From Zootoca vivipara (taxonomy: Eukaryota), in the NCBI RefSeq assembly GCF_963506605.1, contig NC_083286.1, forward strand, positions 24,118,001 to 24,182,000: a stretch of 64,000 nt of DNA, in the 5' to 3' direction. The position numbers and the translations under genes were made by a program. Under the pieces are notes generated by a model. That model saw only the letters and a program-made list of their open reading frames with translations, did no database searches and was not told where the DNA came from. This document shows positions 1 to 11,686 of the stretch, piece after piece; the stretch's first letter is position 1; each line of letters opens with the position of its first letter.

Positions 1-1943
1 AAAAATAAAATCTGAAGGACAAATGCTCACCCTTTCCAATACACCCAGGAAAATTATAATAATAACAGCAGACTTTCAAATATATACCAAATAGGAAGGG
101 TATGCCTTTTATATATATATTTGAAGACTTAGGAAACTGGCTACTAGTGAAATGACTCCTAGTTACTACAATGTTGTCCTCGTAGGCATTCACCAAGTTC
201 AGTCATACTTGGTACTTCAGCAGTCTATGTCTAGCAGCAAAGTTTGCAAAAGCTGACTCTTGCGAGCCCAGTACAGGAGAAACCAAAACTAGCATTTTCT
301 TTCGCTGTTATGGATAATCTTCAAAGACCAGACTTCTTCCCTCCTGAGTCCTGACCCTTCCCAAGGGCTTCAGTGGTATGATATCTATCCCACTGCTTCT
401 GAAAGAAGTACAGCTGGCTGAAAAAGCCCTTCTTAATGGAATGCTATGGATTCTCTCTGCTGTGAGGATGTGTAGACAGTGCTGCAGAAATGGCCGTGGA
501 ATATTCAAATAACACAGAGCTGTATTGTGAAAATGCAACAATAAGTGACTGAACTATTGTCATGCTCATTTATTCACCAACTGTATCACACTCATTTATT
601 CACTCACTGCTAAATAGTCCACCCCCAATTTGACACAAGTGTACATTATTTCCCCTGCCTTCTTCAAAACAGAGTGGGGGGCGGCGGCGGAGGTATTTTC
701 CTCTTGTTTGGCTGCTTGGGTGGGGTAAAGCCTGCCATTTGCAGCGTGGCTGACTAAAATGCAGCAGACAGATAGTCGCTAAACAAATCCCGACCTCACA
801 GAGTTAAATTAAGTTTCTCTCAATGCAGGGATCCTTTGTAACATAGAAATAACTCCTAATTTAGTTCCGTGGATACAATAATCCAATTGCTCTGCACACC
901 ATGACTGAGAAGCTACTGTGTTAGCCAAGTGGAGTGTAGCTCTTCTGCTATCACTCCTTTGTATTGGCAAAACATCAAGCTAAAGAGAGGACCTGGAAGA
1001 GGGCAGAAAGGCATTCAGTGTTATTTTCTCATAGCAAGTATTGTTTTAATTTAAAACCTTGTCAGTGCAGAGACAATGGTTCCTTGCTGCAGGTGGGCCC
1101 TCTCCCACTTTTGTCAAGTGCTTTAGCTCTGTTTTGAAGGACATCTTTTTAAGCCTGTGGGTTGACATTTGCTTCTCTGTTTTTCAGGTCACCCAAACGT
1201 ATCACGTATTCACTGAGGTTCATCTTGATTTCCTTCTATTTCTCGGTTTTCATTTTTTTGCTCAGTTCCCTGAATTAAACTTCTCTGATGCAATTTTAAG
1301 ACCAGCTCATTTTGGAGCACACCTTCCCAATTAGCTGTTATATGGAGCGAAACTGCTTTGCTTGATTGTGGGTCTTCTTTAGCACATTCAGTAGAAGTGA
1401 GAAGTGACTCTCACCAGTTAGTCTAGAAAATGCAAATACCTTCCTCTATGGGGCTGCGAGAGGGGGGGGGGAAATGTGTTTCAAATGTGTTTCAAATGTA
1501 AAGTGTGAATGTGTGCAGGCTGAGGTCCTTTTCACATGTTACAATGCATTCATGGAAGTTGGGGGAAGCAGCGGGGATCAGCAGGCATAATCCCATTATT
1601 CACCATTCTCAGTCCCCAAATGAGAGTATGAAAAATCCATATGAAAATGTCTCTTGCTGAATCGTTTCAACTAATTGTCTTGGGGTAATGGCTTTCCCTT
1701 TAATTGTCTGGACATTTTTCTTGCAGATAAGCATTCAAACATTTAAGACCTTCCCTAGCAGACAAGGAAAAACTTCGCCCTTCGATTCTGCTTGTTCAAA
1801 GCCACATTATAGCAGTTGTTTAAAATGCTACCCCTTTATCAGATGTACCCTTTGGAATTGCCATGTCCAAATTGAAACATGAGATAAATTTCATAATACG
1901 GAGTAATACCAGAGTCGCCCTACTAGCTCTTAACTGTAGTATT

Positions 1944-2088
1944 GTTTGAGATGGCTCAGTTGGCATGGCATGAGACTCTTAACCTCAGGGTTGTGGGTTT
2001 GAGCCCCACATTGGACAAGAGATTCCTGCATTGCAGGGGGTTGAACTAGACCCTCGTGGTCCCTCCCAACTCTACAATTCTATGATTC
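1944..2088 (+). mobile_element. tRNA-Lys(CTT)-derived SINE with CR1-type 3' tail
   Basis: Head GCTCAGTTGG..CATGAGACTCTTAACCTCAGGGTTGTGGGTTTGAGCCCCAC resembles tRNA-Lys-CTT. Tail GATTCCTGCATTGCAGGGGGTTGAACTAGA..TCTACAATTCTATGATTC matches the CR1 3' end. Confidence 0.8.
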
Positions 2089-4669
2089 AGTCTCGGATTT
2101 GTGTACTGAATATATCACACACAGAATTGTTGCTTTCCACTGCATACAGCTTGCCATTAGAGAGCTGTGATTTGCCACGTGCCATTTCTATGCTCCTCAT
2201 AGGAACGATGGCGTGCAGCACCACTTCAGCAATCCAGGATTTAATGCAGACCCATGGACCCTAGACTATGAGAATGTGCCACCACTTGAGAACTCTAATG
2301 CCTTGGCACCCTTTAATAATGTTTGGAGATGCAGCAGAGCTTCAGCTATTCAGTAAAAGCAAAAATTGCTGCCTAGTCTAATAAATGAGCAGGCTGTTTT
2401 TTCCTCCTTTAGGCAAAAAGAGGTGAATGGGAATGATTATTTTAATTACACAGAGCCTTGCAGGTCTCCAGTAAAAGATCTTGAATACATAAATAAATAA
2501 ATTGTTGATTTAAAAAAAAATATGTTTAGGCACTATTTCCATCATTGATATATGTGCATTTTAGGAAAGAAACAAAATCCTAACTCCGCCCCCCCTCCCC
2601 TCAACTATTTAACAGCCCAACTGCTACTGGAAATTACTTTTACAATAACTCTCTAGATTTATGTCATTTTGTAAGCTTTTTGTAATTTGTACTTTGGCTC
2701 CCATCCACACTCAACGCCATCCTATTGTATGCATCATTTTATGGCACATTATTATAATACGCTTGACCTCCTAAATATTCATACATGAGTGTTGTCTTCT
2801 GTTCGCTGAGCAGTTATTTTTGCCATCAAAATTTATTTGTAGCTTTCTATATATTACTAAAAGAAAATGCATGCAGAGGTTAGGCTGCATTGAGCAGTAA
2901 ATGAATCTTTAGCTAAGAACTTATAACAAAAATAACAAAATCCTTGCAGAAGACGTGTGCTATTCTATGCATTTGATCATAAACTTTAAGACAATTTTTT
3001 AAAGTATAATTGAGCCAGGTTGCTACATTAATGAAGACTTTTTGAAATCAATATTTAAAATCTTTGAAATGTTGCATCTCATGGAAAATAATATAGAGAC
3101 CCATTGATCCATTTGTCTATGTATCATTTTGTAAACCAAGTCCATTTTTAAAAAAGACACATGCTGCACAATTTTCCAACTTCACAAAAGCAAGGCAAAA
3201 GCAAGCTAAATCAGCAGATATTTTCAAAATCCAACTACTATCTTATTCTCTCTCCCTCCCTCCCCACCCCCACACCAACATTTCATATAGATAAAATGGC
3301 AATGCCATTGTTGCCAAATGGGAAGCTACTGCAGACTGGAAACAATTTGGTTTGATTGTCCTCTACCGCCATGATAGCTTCGAAAGGCTATATAGTGCTT
3401 CTTGACTAAGGCCACATAGAAATGTTAATTCTCATTAGACTACTGCTCATAATGTCAGTTGGATTTACTCTTGGCATATTGAATATATCTCATGGATTTG
3501 GCATGCCCAGTTTGCATTATAAATAGTATATTTTCTATGTGTGGTTCTTCCTGGTTACAAAGAAAGAAACAGATTAAAAGTGAGGAGAACCTCCCTACTT
3601 TTCAGTATAAGACCACATTAGATCCTTTGAGCTTCCTTGCATCTTCTGGCCTACGAGCAACTCTTATAAAAAGGAAGCAGAAAGGTAGTGCTGTTTGGAA
3701 CTTCCTGATTGTGCCTGACCATAAACATGGCTGCTCAGTCTTCTGTTTTTCTTTTCCTTGCTCTCCCACAATCCTTCCTATGTTGTCCCAGAATCCTGGC
3801 TGGCTGATCTACCACTTCTTGACCGGATGGACTTTTAATTTTCTTGCTCCTCCTTCCACCTACTTCTAAACTAACTTGTCTCAGTTTGCCCCAACTTCAC
3901 CCAACCTATTTTGTATTATAAAAAGGATTTCTCAAATAATCTGTAATTTAACTCTCCTTCCTTTGTGACCATTCTCCCCTGTTCTTTTGCCGTCCTCCTC
4001 CTGATTTAAACCAATTTTGTTTTTGCCGGGATGTAACAATGTTTGTTTTGGAAAGGTAAAAGGTGTGCTATTGACACTTCCTTTATCTCTCTTTCTCCTT
4101 TTCTTTACGCAGAAGGCCTTTGTGTTCATCCATATCTTTAAAACAAAAACAAAAGGATGCTTGTGCAGAATATTTCCTTGAGAAATAATATTACTCTATC
4201 AACACCCAGTGGGCAGACATATTTTTCGACATTCCTCTTTTAATTAACTTGTCTTACAAACAAAGGCTACCAGATGAACACAATCTATCTGCCGTATGTA
4301 TTTTCAGCCAGGAGGCAGATAATTATTGCTCACTGCAGAAATAATGTTCTTCTACTTGCTCATGTAAAACAAACTTTAAATGTCATTTTTACAGCCATGA
4401 AGATTACACAGCACAATGCCATCTTAAGACACAGCAATTACACAGAGGAGCTTCTCATTAACCTGAAGGTCAAAGATCAGACTCTATCACCAATTCTTGA
4501 TAATATGAACCTAAATTGGTTTATGCTGAGAGTAATGATCTAATAATCAGAAAAAATGTGAAATGTAAAGACTGGAACATTCATTATGTTATGTATTTGC
4601 AAACAGAGCCTCCTGGTCTATAAAGAGTGGATAGAGATGATGACCAATATCCAAAAACTCATGCATGTT

Positions 4670-4850
4670 GTAAGAACAGAAGAAGAGCCTGCTGGATCAA
4701 GTCAATAGGTCATCTAGTTGAGCATCCTGTTATCACAGTGGCCAACCAGGCACCTATGGAAAACCCACAAGCAGGTGCCTGACCACAACAGCACACTCCC
4801 TTGCCATGGTTTCCAGCAACTGGTTTTTAGAAGCGCTACTACCTCTGACT
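4670..4850 (-). mobile_element. Old CR1-type LINE 3' UTR fragment
   Basis: AAGAACAGAAGAAGAGCCTGCTGGATCA.. is homologous to the CR1 3' end at 5908-6007. Confidence 0.6.
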
Positions 4851-5907
4851 GTACTGCATGCACATTGGGGGTTTTCAGCTCCCTTCCTACCTTCTCCATA
4901 AAAGTCACTTGTGAAGGCTAGAGCAGGGCACAAAGTTGTACCACACCTTGATCTTTTGGGTTCAGGCACGTATAGGGCTGGATCCAAAGTGTTCCTGATG
5001 GAACAACAGACACAGCCTTCCTTCTTTGGAGAAACACCTTTCCAAGAGTGGAAGGGAATTTCTCAATCCAAATTAGATTACTTTGCCACTGGAGCAAACA
5101 GGGTAGCATTTTTTCATAATAAATCATGAAACACAGTGGGACTTCTGTGTGTAAATATTAGACTGAAATACGAGATCTTGCTTGCTTTATGTTCCAAGCA
5201 GAATCATGGTCTATCCTGTATATGTTACAGAAAGAAAGAGAAAAAAAAACATAACTGTTCAGATAAACCAGTGACAGCCTCATAATGTTAAAATGTATTG
5301 TTTTGATTACAACAAACAACCACCTAGCAATCTTTACACATTAAGCGGAAATTGCATTTTCAGACTCGAGTGCTACAATACCTCTAAACATATTTACCCT
5401 ATAACATTTAGACAGTATATAGAAGAGTACAGAAGAAGCTAACTACTTTTTGTTTCAAACTATAAATTGAATTATGCTGCTCTTGTACTTTTCAAGGCCC
5501 CCTTTCAGTGCTAACTAGATAATTAAATTTCTGAGCTAGTCACAGTTTCTATTAAGGAGGGCTGCCAGTTATTTCCATTTGGGAATTTGAATGATATATC
5601 TATATTAGAAAAAAATGGATGTTTTTTGTTTTAGCATACAATAAAGGAAATAACCATTTTAGAATGAAAAAAAAAGTTTTAGAAGTGTACTTGCAGGACC
5701 AAATCAGATGGCAGACACATATAATAGTTTCTGATGTGTTTCTTTTTGGAGAGAAGCAGGGTGTTTTAAAAAGGCAGACTCCATTAGAGGAATCTGTGAA
5801 TTTTAGTAATGTTTCACCATCTTTTCTACCCCAAGAGAAAAAAACAGCTGGGAGGTATAGTTGTCAGAAGCAAAACTGCTGACTCAAGGAGAGCTTCTCA
5901 TTACTCC

Positions 5908-6775
5908 ACAAGAACATAATATGAGCCTGCTGGATCAGACCAATGGCCCATTTAGTCCAGCATCCTGTTCTCACATTCCCCCCACCCCAATCCCTGTGGG
6001 AAGCCTGTGTCAGGGATTGTATTGAAGAGCAGGAGGAATTGTGGAGGAAGAAGGGAATCTCAATTTACAGGGCTTTGAGGAACATAGCAGCTCAGAGACA
6101 GGTGAACAGCAGAGTTATGCTGTGTTAGGAGCAGGAGGGGAAGCAGAGCAGCTAGCTGACATGTCACTGGACAGCATCACCGACCCTCCTTCTCCCAAAA
6201 GACGGAGTTCGATAAGGGTGGAAGAACAAAGAGCACAGAGACAATTGTCCACGGACAGACGCCGTAGAAGCAGGTGTTACTAGAGAGGGAAGGGAGAGGG
6301 GTTCAGTGCGAGCAACTCCATTATGGAGGAATAACCAGAATTCTTCGTCTTTTACCGTGATGACTGAATAAATCATACGTAAGAACTTTCTTGTTTCCTC
6401 CCTGCCTCTTGGTGCTGTCGGGGGGGGGGGATCCCTCAAGCCTAACAGCCTGCAAGCTGGACATGAGCGCAAAGCATTTCCAGCAACTGTTGTTCAAATA
6501 TATGCTGCCTCCAACTGCAAAGGCAGAGCATAGCCCTCATAGCTAGTAGCCCTTGATAGCTTTATCCTCCATTAATTTGTCTAAGCCATCCAGGTTTGTC
6601 TAAACCATCACTGCGTCCTATGGAAGCAAGTTCATCACTTATGCACTGTGTGAAAATGTACTTTCTTTTATCTGTCCTGAATCTTCCAACACTGAGCTTC
6701 ACTGGATGTCCATGAATTTTGGTGTTAGGTAAAAAGAGGTGAAAACTTTCTTCTATCCACTTTATCCATGCCAAG
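5908..6775 (-). mobile_element. CR1 LINE 3' fragment, interrupted by a solo LTR
   Basis: Minus-strand peptide NTKIHGHPVKLSVGRFRTDKRKYIFTQ resembles the CR1 ORF2 C-terminus. The sequence is continuous across the 6008-6447 insert. Confidence 0.75.
6008..6447 (+). mobile_element. Solo LTR (probably Gypsy-type) with internal ORF
   Basis: Termini TGTCAGG...CCTAACA, 5-bp TSD GCCTG (6003-6007 and 6448-6452), AATAAA at 6367, ORF at 6041-6283. Confidence 0.8.
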
Positions 6776-7575
6776 CGAAATTTGAAGGAAGTGTCATCAT
6801 TGTCAATCATATTCATGCTCTTCTTCCTTAGATGTATCTTGAAGAAACTATGCATTTCCTTCTTTTACAGTTTGGATCTCGACGTCTTGAACCGAAGTTG
6901 CAAAAGTCTCAACACAAAGCTCCCAATATCCGTTGTATTACAGCCCAACTTACAGTTTTTTCCAGGAGATAGACTTCTGCTTGAGTTTATATTGCCAACA
7001 GTTGTAATTGGTGAAAGCTTTGTCGAGAGTTGTCATAAACACTCTTGGCTGGTTGGGGAATATGTAAGTGCTGCTCTGTACTTTATGAGAAGTAGCATAG
7101 ATTCATCCCTTTGGACTGCAGTCCTTGGGAGCAATAAACCCTTTGTAGTGTAGCTCCATTGATTATGTTCTTGTGGAAGAATCAAGCCAGATGAACATAG
7201 TTTTGGAAAGATAAACAAAAGGCTATAAAGGGTTATACAGCTGCCATTTGTTCTGATGAAGCTTGAAATGGAATCCAGTTCAAGAGTTCATGTAATAATA
7301 ATTTGAGGTGTTTGGAGAACTTCTTGTAATTTCTGCAATTGTTACACAACAGTACAATCACCTGAGATATTTGGAAATATCAGTGTAATTGCTACACAAC
7401 AATGGCTACAGACTTATATTTGCATATAGTGTATGTTCATTTTACACATACGGTAGTCTTGAATTTTTTGTGTTACTTTTATCCAATTTTCATTGTTGTG
7501 GGGGTTCCTGTGACTTGTCTGCTAAAAAACAAATAACAGAATAATTTGTAGCAGCCAAAGCAACAATATGGATCA

Positions 7576-8150
7576 TATAATCTTAGAATTAGAGAGCTGC
7601 AAGGGACCCCAAGGGTCGTGTAGTCCAACCTCCTCCAATGCAGGAATCTCAACTAAAGCATCCATGACAGATGGCCATCCAACTTCTTAAAAACCTCCAA
7701 AGGAGGAAAGTTCACCACCTCCCAGGGGAGTTCGCTCTGGTGTTGAACAGCTTTTACCATCAAAAAGTTATCCCTCATGTTTAGTCAGACTCTCCTTTCT
7801 TGCAACTTGAATCCATTTCTTTGGGTCCTACACCTTGGAGCAGAAGAAAACAAATTTGCTCCATCTTCCATGTGGCAGCCCTTGTTATATTTGAAAATGA
7901 CTATCATATCTCTTCTCCACCCCCTATTATCCAAGCTAAGCATACCCAACTCCCTCAGTTGTTCCTCATAAGGTTTGGTTTCCACACCCTTCATCATTCA
8001 GGTTGCCCAGCTCTGCACATGTTCTAGCTTGTCCATATCCTTCTTAATTTTTGGCATCCAGAACTGGACACAGTGCTCCAGGTGTGGTCTGACCAAGACA
8101 GAATAGAGTGGTACTATTACTTCTCTTGATCTAGATACTATAGTTCTGTT
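7576..8150 (-). mobile_element. CR1 LINE 3' fragment
   Basis: Minus-strand ORFs give [26 protein letters not shown] and KPYEEQLRELGMLSL..RTQRNGFKLQERR. A CR1 3' tail is present. Confidence 0.9.
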
Positions 8151-9356
8151 GGTGGACTGGATAATGACCAATAAACTAAAACTGAACCCTGATAAGGCAC
8201 ATTGCTGGTGGGTGGTTCCCACATCCAGCAATCAGGGAGGCAACCCATTATGAATTCATCTGATGTTATAAAGATGTCAGGTGATTGACACCTGTCAAAG
8301 CACAACTCTTAATACAACACTTTACACAGCACTCTCCAAGTGCCAAAAAAATCAACATTTTGGAATTGCTGTGCAAGGGTTTATCAGGCGTTCCATCAAT
8401 CCCCCTTTCACGCAGACATTTCTACACACTTTTCTTGATATTGTCTGAAGGGGCATGCAATTGCCACCATACATAGTCTTCCTTGGGTTCCATGATGGAG
8501 GAAACGTGGAACATGAATACAAGTAAGTAAGTAAATAAATACAACATTCAAAGAGCAAAGATTTCCCTTGTTCACTTCAGTTGTTCTTGTATTTTTTGTT
8601 TTAAGCCAGTAACATAACTCAAACTACTTAATTCAAATTATTTCCCCACCAAACTCTGCACCATTCCCTCCCCCCTTTCTCTTTTTTAACAGGCTTAATT
8701 TATAATGTTTTATTTCATTAAAGAATAAAAGACATTTTGACAATGGACGAGTGATACAGATCGTTTAATGCTCAGCTGTACCCATTATCATGAATTAAAA
8801 GAATTATATGTGGAATAGCAATCCCATCAGAACACAAGGCTTAATTGAATGGAAGTAGCCTGATAAATTGAGAGCTCTGTATGAAGCAATCATTTCTTAG
8901 ACTATAGCACACATGAGTTATAGCAGGAAGCATTCATGGGTAACATTTATTATTTTATATTGGGTTATTTTAAGGTTTTGCGATATGAAATGTAGGCACG
9001 GATTCTTTAGAACCACCAAGCCATATAACTCCCATTCACATTGATGAACCCAGAGGCAATGCACTGATTTATGTTTTCTTTCTGCAGTTGGAGCCAAAGA
9101 CAAACCACAAACATGCTTGAAAGAGTATGAGAAGTTCTTAATGCATACTTTGGGATGCCGGAAAACTTTATTCAGATTTATGTAGATCACTTTTTTCCAA
9201 AAAGCTCAGACAATAAGGTCCGTGATTTCAGTGCTGCATATTTTGTTAGCATGGTCAACCAATAATAAGGCAGTACTCTATGTCTAATATATGTTTTAAT
9301 GTACTTAGTTCTAATATTTTCACCAAAGCTTTTCTATAACATATACAATTAAGTGG

Positions 9357-10025
9357 AAACAAAATTTAAAAAAATCCTTCCAGTAGCACCTTAGAGACCA
9401 ACTAAGTTTGTCATTGGTATGAACTTTTGTGTGCATGCACACTTCTTCAGATACACTGAAACAGAAGTCACCAGACTGGGCACCACAGTTCAAGAAGGAT
9501 ACTGACAAGCTGGAACGTGTCCAGAAGAGGGCAACCAAAATGGTCAAAGGCCTGGAAACGATGCCTTATGAGGAACGGCTTAGGGAGCTGGGTATGTTTA
9601 GCCTGGAGAAGAGAAGGTTAAGGGGTGATATGATAGGATGTCATATAGAGGAGGGAAAAATGATGTTTTCTGATGCTCCAGAGAAGCGGACACGGAGCAA
9701 TGGATTCAAACTACAAGAAAGAAGATTTCACCTAAACATTAGGAAGAACTTCCTGACAGTAAGAGCTGTTCGGCAGTGGAATTTGCTACCAAGGAGTGTG
9801 GTGGAGTCTCCTTCTTTGGAGGTCTTGAAGCAGAGGCTTGACAGGCATATGGCAGGAATGCTTTGATGGTGTTTCCTGCTTGGCAGGGGGTTGGACTGGA
9901 TGGCCCTTGTGGTCTCTTCCAACTCTATGATCCTATGACCCTTATATATAGTGAGAGGGTGGGGAGGGGTATTACTCAGAAGGGTGGTGGGAATGGGTGA
10001 TTGGCTGATAGGTGTGGTAAACAAT
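9357..10025 (-). mobile_element. Penelope-like element pLTR fragment split by a CR1 insertion
   Basis: CCTTCCAGTAGCACCTTAGAGACCAACTAAGTTTG.. belongs to the same family as 33060-33275. A degenerate hammerhead motif lies at 9417-9454 on the minus strand. The continuation after 9938 is inferred. Confidence 0.7.
9476..9938 (+). mobile_element. CR1 LINE, 5'-truncated 3' end
   Basis: WAPQFKKDTDKLERVQKRATKMVKGLE..RKNFLTVRAVRQWN is the CR1 ORF2 C-terminus. The element ends ..TCTATGATCCTATGA. Confidence 0.92.
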
Positions 10026-10034
10026 TAAGGACAT

Positions 10035-10212
10035 AGATTAGTGTTAAAGCACATGCTTTGCATGTAAAAGGTCCCAGGTCCAATCCCTAGCATCTCCAGG
10101 AAGGGCTGAGAAATCCAGAAATCCTGGATAACCGCAACTAGTCTGTGTAGATGAACTTAAGCTATATAAGCCAATGGCCTGATTCAGTATGAAGCAGGCT
10201 CCAAACTTCCTA
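10035..10212 (+). mobile_element. Old tRNA(Ala-like)-derived SINE
   Basis: AGCACATGCTTTGCATGTAAAAGGTCCCAGGTCCAATCCC head. Homologous copies lie near 56845-57022, 62808-62975 and 63925-64000. Confidence 0.55.
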
Positions 10213-10613
10213 AGGTGGCTTTTCTGTGAAGCAATCCATCTCTCTGTGGCTTTCTAGGTAAATGTTGATGTGCATATCCTGATATTTCACCCATTATTAT
10301 CTCAAGTCTTTCTTTTCTATGTTAGCATATGAACAGCATATGTTTACCTACTTGTAGGTTAGATTGAATATTGTACCCTCTAAAATAATCTCCAAGATAC
10401 CTCCATTCTTCTCTTATCTTTATCTCATCGTTATTCCTCAGTTTTGGGGTCATGGTTACTAATTCTATGTATTCCATCAGTTTATTCTGCCAAATTTCCT
10501 TTGTGGGTTTCTCTTCTTTCCATATTTTCCGCATATACTATGCTAGCTGCAGCGGCCGTGTACAGAAAGATATTGAGTGCCTTTTTTGGAATGTCAAAAG
10601 GAATGTCTTTTTT

Positions 10614-10927
10614 CCCATTCTTAAGGAAATCAGCCCCGAGTGCTCACTGGCAGGACAGATCCTGAAGCTGAGGCTCCAATACTTTGGCCACCTCATGAGA
10701 AGAGAAGACTCCCTGGAAAAGACCCTGATGTTGGGAAAGATTGAGGGCACTAGGAGAAGGGGACGACAGAGGATGAGATGGTGGGACAGTGTTCTTGAAT
10801 CTACCAACATGAGTTTGACGAAACTGAGGGAGGCAATGGAAGACAGGAGTGCCTGGCGTGCTATGGTCCATGGGGGTCATGAAGAGTCGGACACGACTAA
10901 ACAACTAAACAACAACAACAACAACAA
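10614..10927 (+). mobile_element. BovB (RTE) LINE 3' fragment
   Basis: ILKEISPECSLAGQILKLRLQYFGHLMRREDSLEKTLMLGKIEG is near-identical to the C-terminus of the 30.7-32.1 kb copy. (CAA)n tail. Confidence 0.93.
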
Positions 10928-11334
10928 TTATTGCTAATAGAAAGGCCTCTGGACCTTTGGGAAATGCGAATTTAAAAATCTTTTTTAAATTCTGTGTAAA
11001 CCATTTACCAATGCTCTCTAGAATATGCTCTCTACATATGAATCAGGGTTTCCTTTACCTCAGGGCCCTTCCAGCACAAATTAGACCCTTTTTTGTATAC
11101 ATTCTCACTAATTTACTAGGTGTCAAGTCCCACCAGTACATCATCTTTTGTAGGTTTTCCTTAGTAAGATAACAGGCAGAGACATTCATTGTTTTCCCCC
11201 ATAATTTTTTCCCATTCTATGTTGTAACCAATATTGCCATCGTTGCCTTTACTCATCATTGGTCTCCCACTCCAGTAACAATTTATAAAATTTTGAGATT
11301 AATTAATTATCCTTTCCTATTACTTTTTTTTTTT

Positions 11335-11686
11335 GGGACCCAGGTGGCGCTGTGGTTAAACCACTGAGCCCTAGGGCTTGCTGATCAGAAGGTCGGCGGT
11401 TTGAATCCCTGTGACGGGGTGAGCTCCCGTTGCTTGGTCCCAGCTCCTGCCAACCTAGCAGTTCGAAAGCACGTCAAAATGCAAGTAGATAAATAGGAAC
11501 CGCTACAGCGGGAAGGTAAACGGCGTTTCCATGTGCTGCTCCGGTTTGCCAGAAGCAGCTTTGTCATGCTGGCCACATGACCTGGAAGCTATACGCCGGC
11601 TCCCTCGGCCAATAATGTGAGATGAGCGCGCAACCCCAGAGTCGGTCACGACTGGACCTAATGGTCAGGGGTCCCTTTACCTTTTT
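11335..11686 (+). mobile_element. Sauria SINE, full length
   Basis: GGGACCCAGGTGGCGCTGTGGTTAAACC head, central CCAACCTAGCAGTTCGAAAGCAC, tail ..GGGGTCCCTTTACCTTT. TSD TATTACTTTTTTT. Confidence 0.92.

Noticed and set aside
1059-1430. Possible exon or ORF in a repeat-free region, on either strand
   Set aside because: No recognisable protein. The best minus-strand frame has a stop just after the candidate acceptor.
10452-10937. 161-aa ORF
   Set aside because: Chance fusion of antisense L1 sequence with a BovB fragment.
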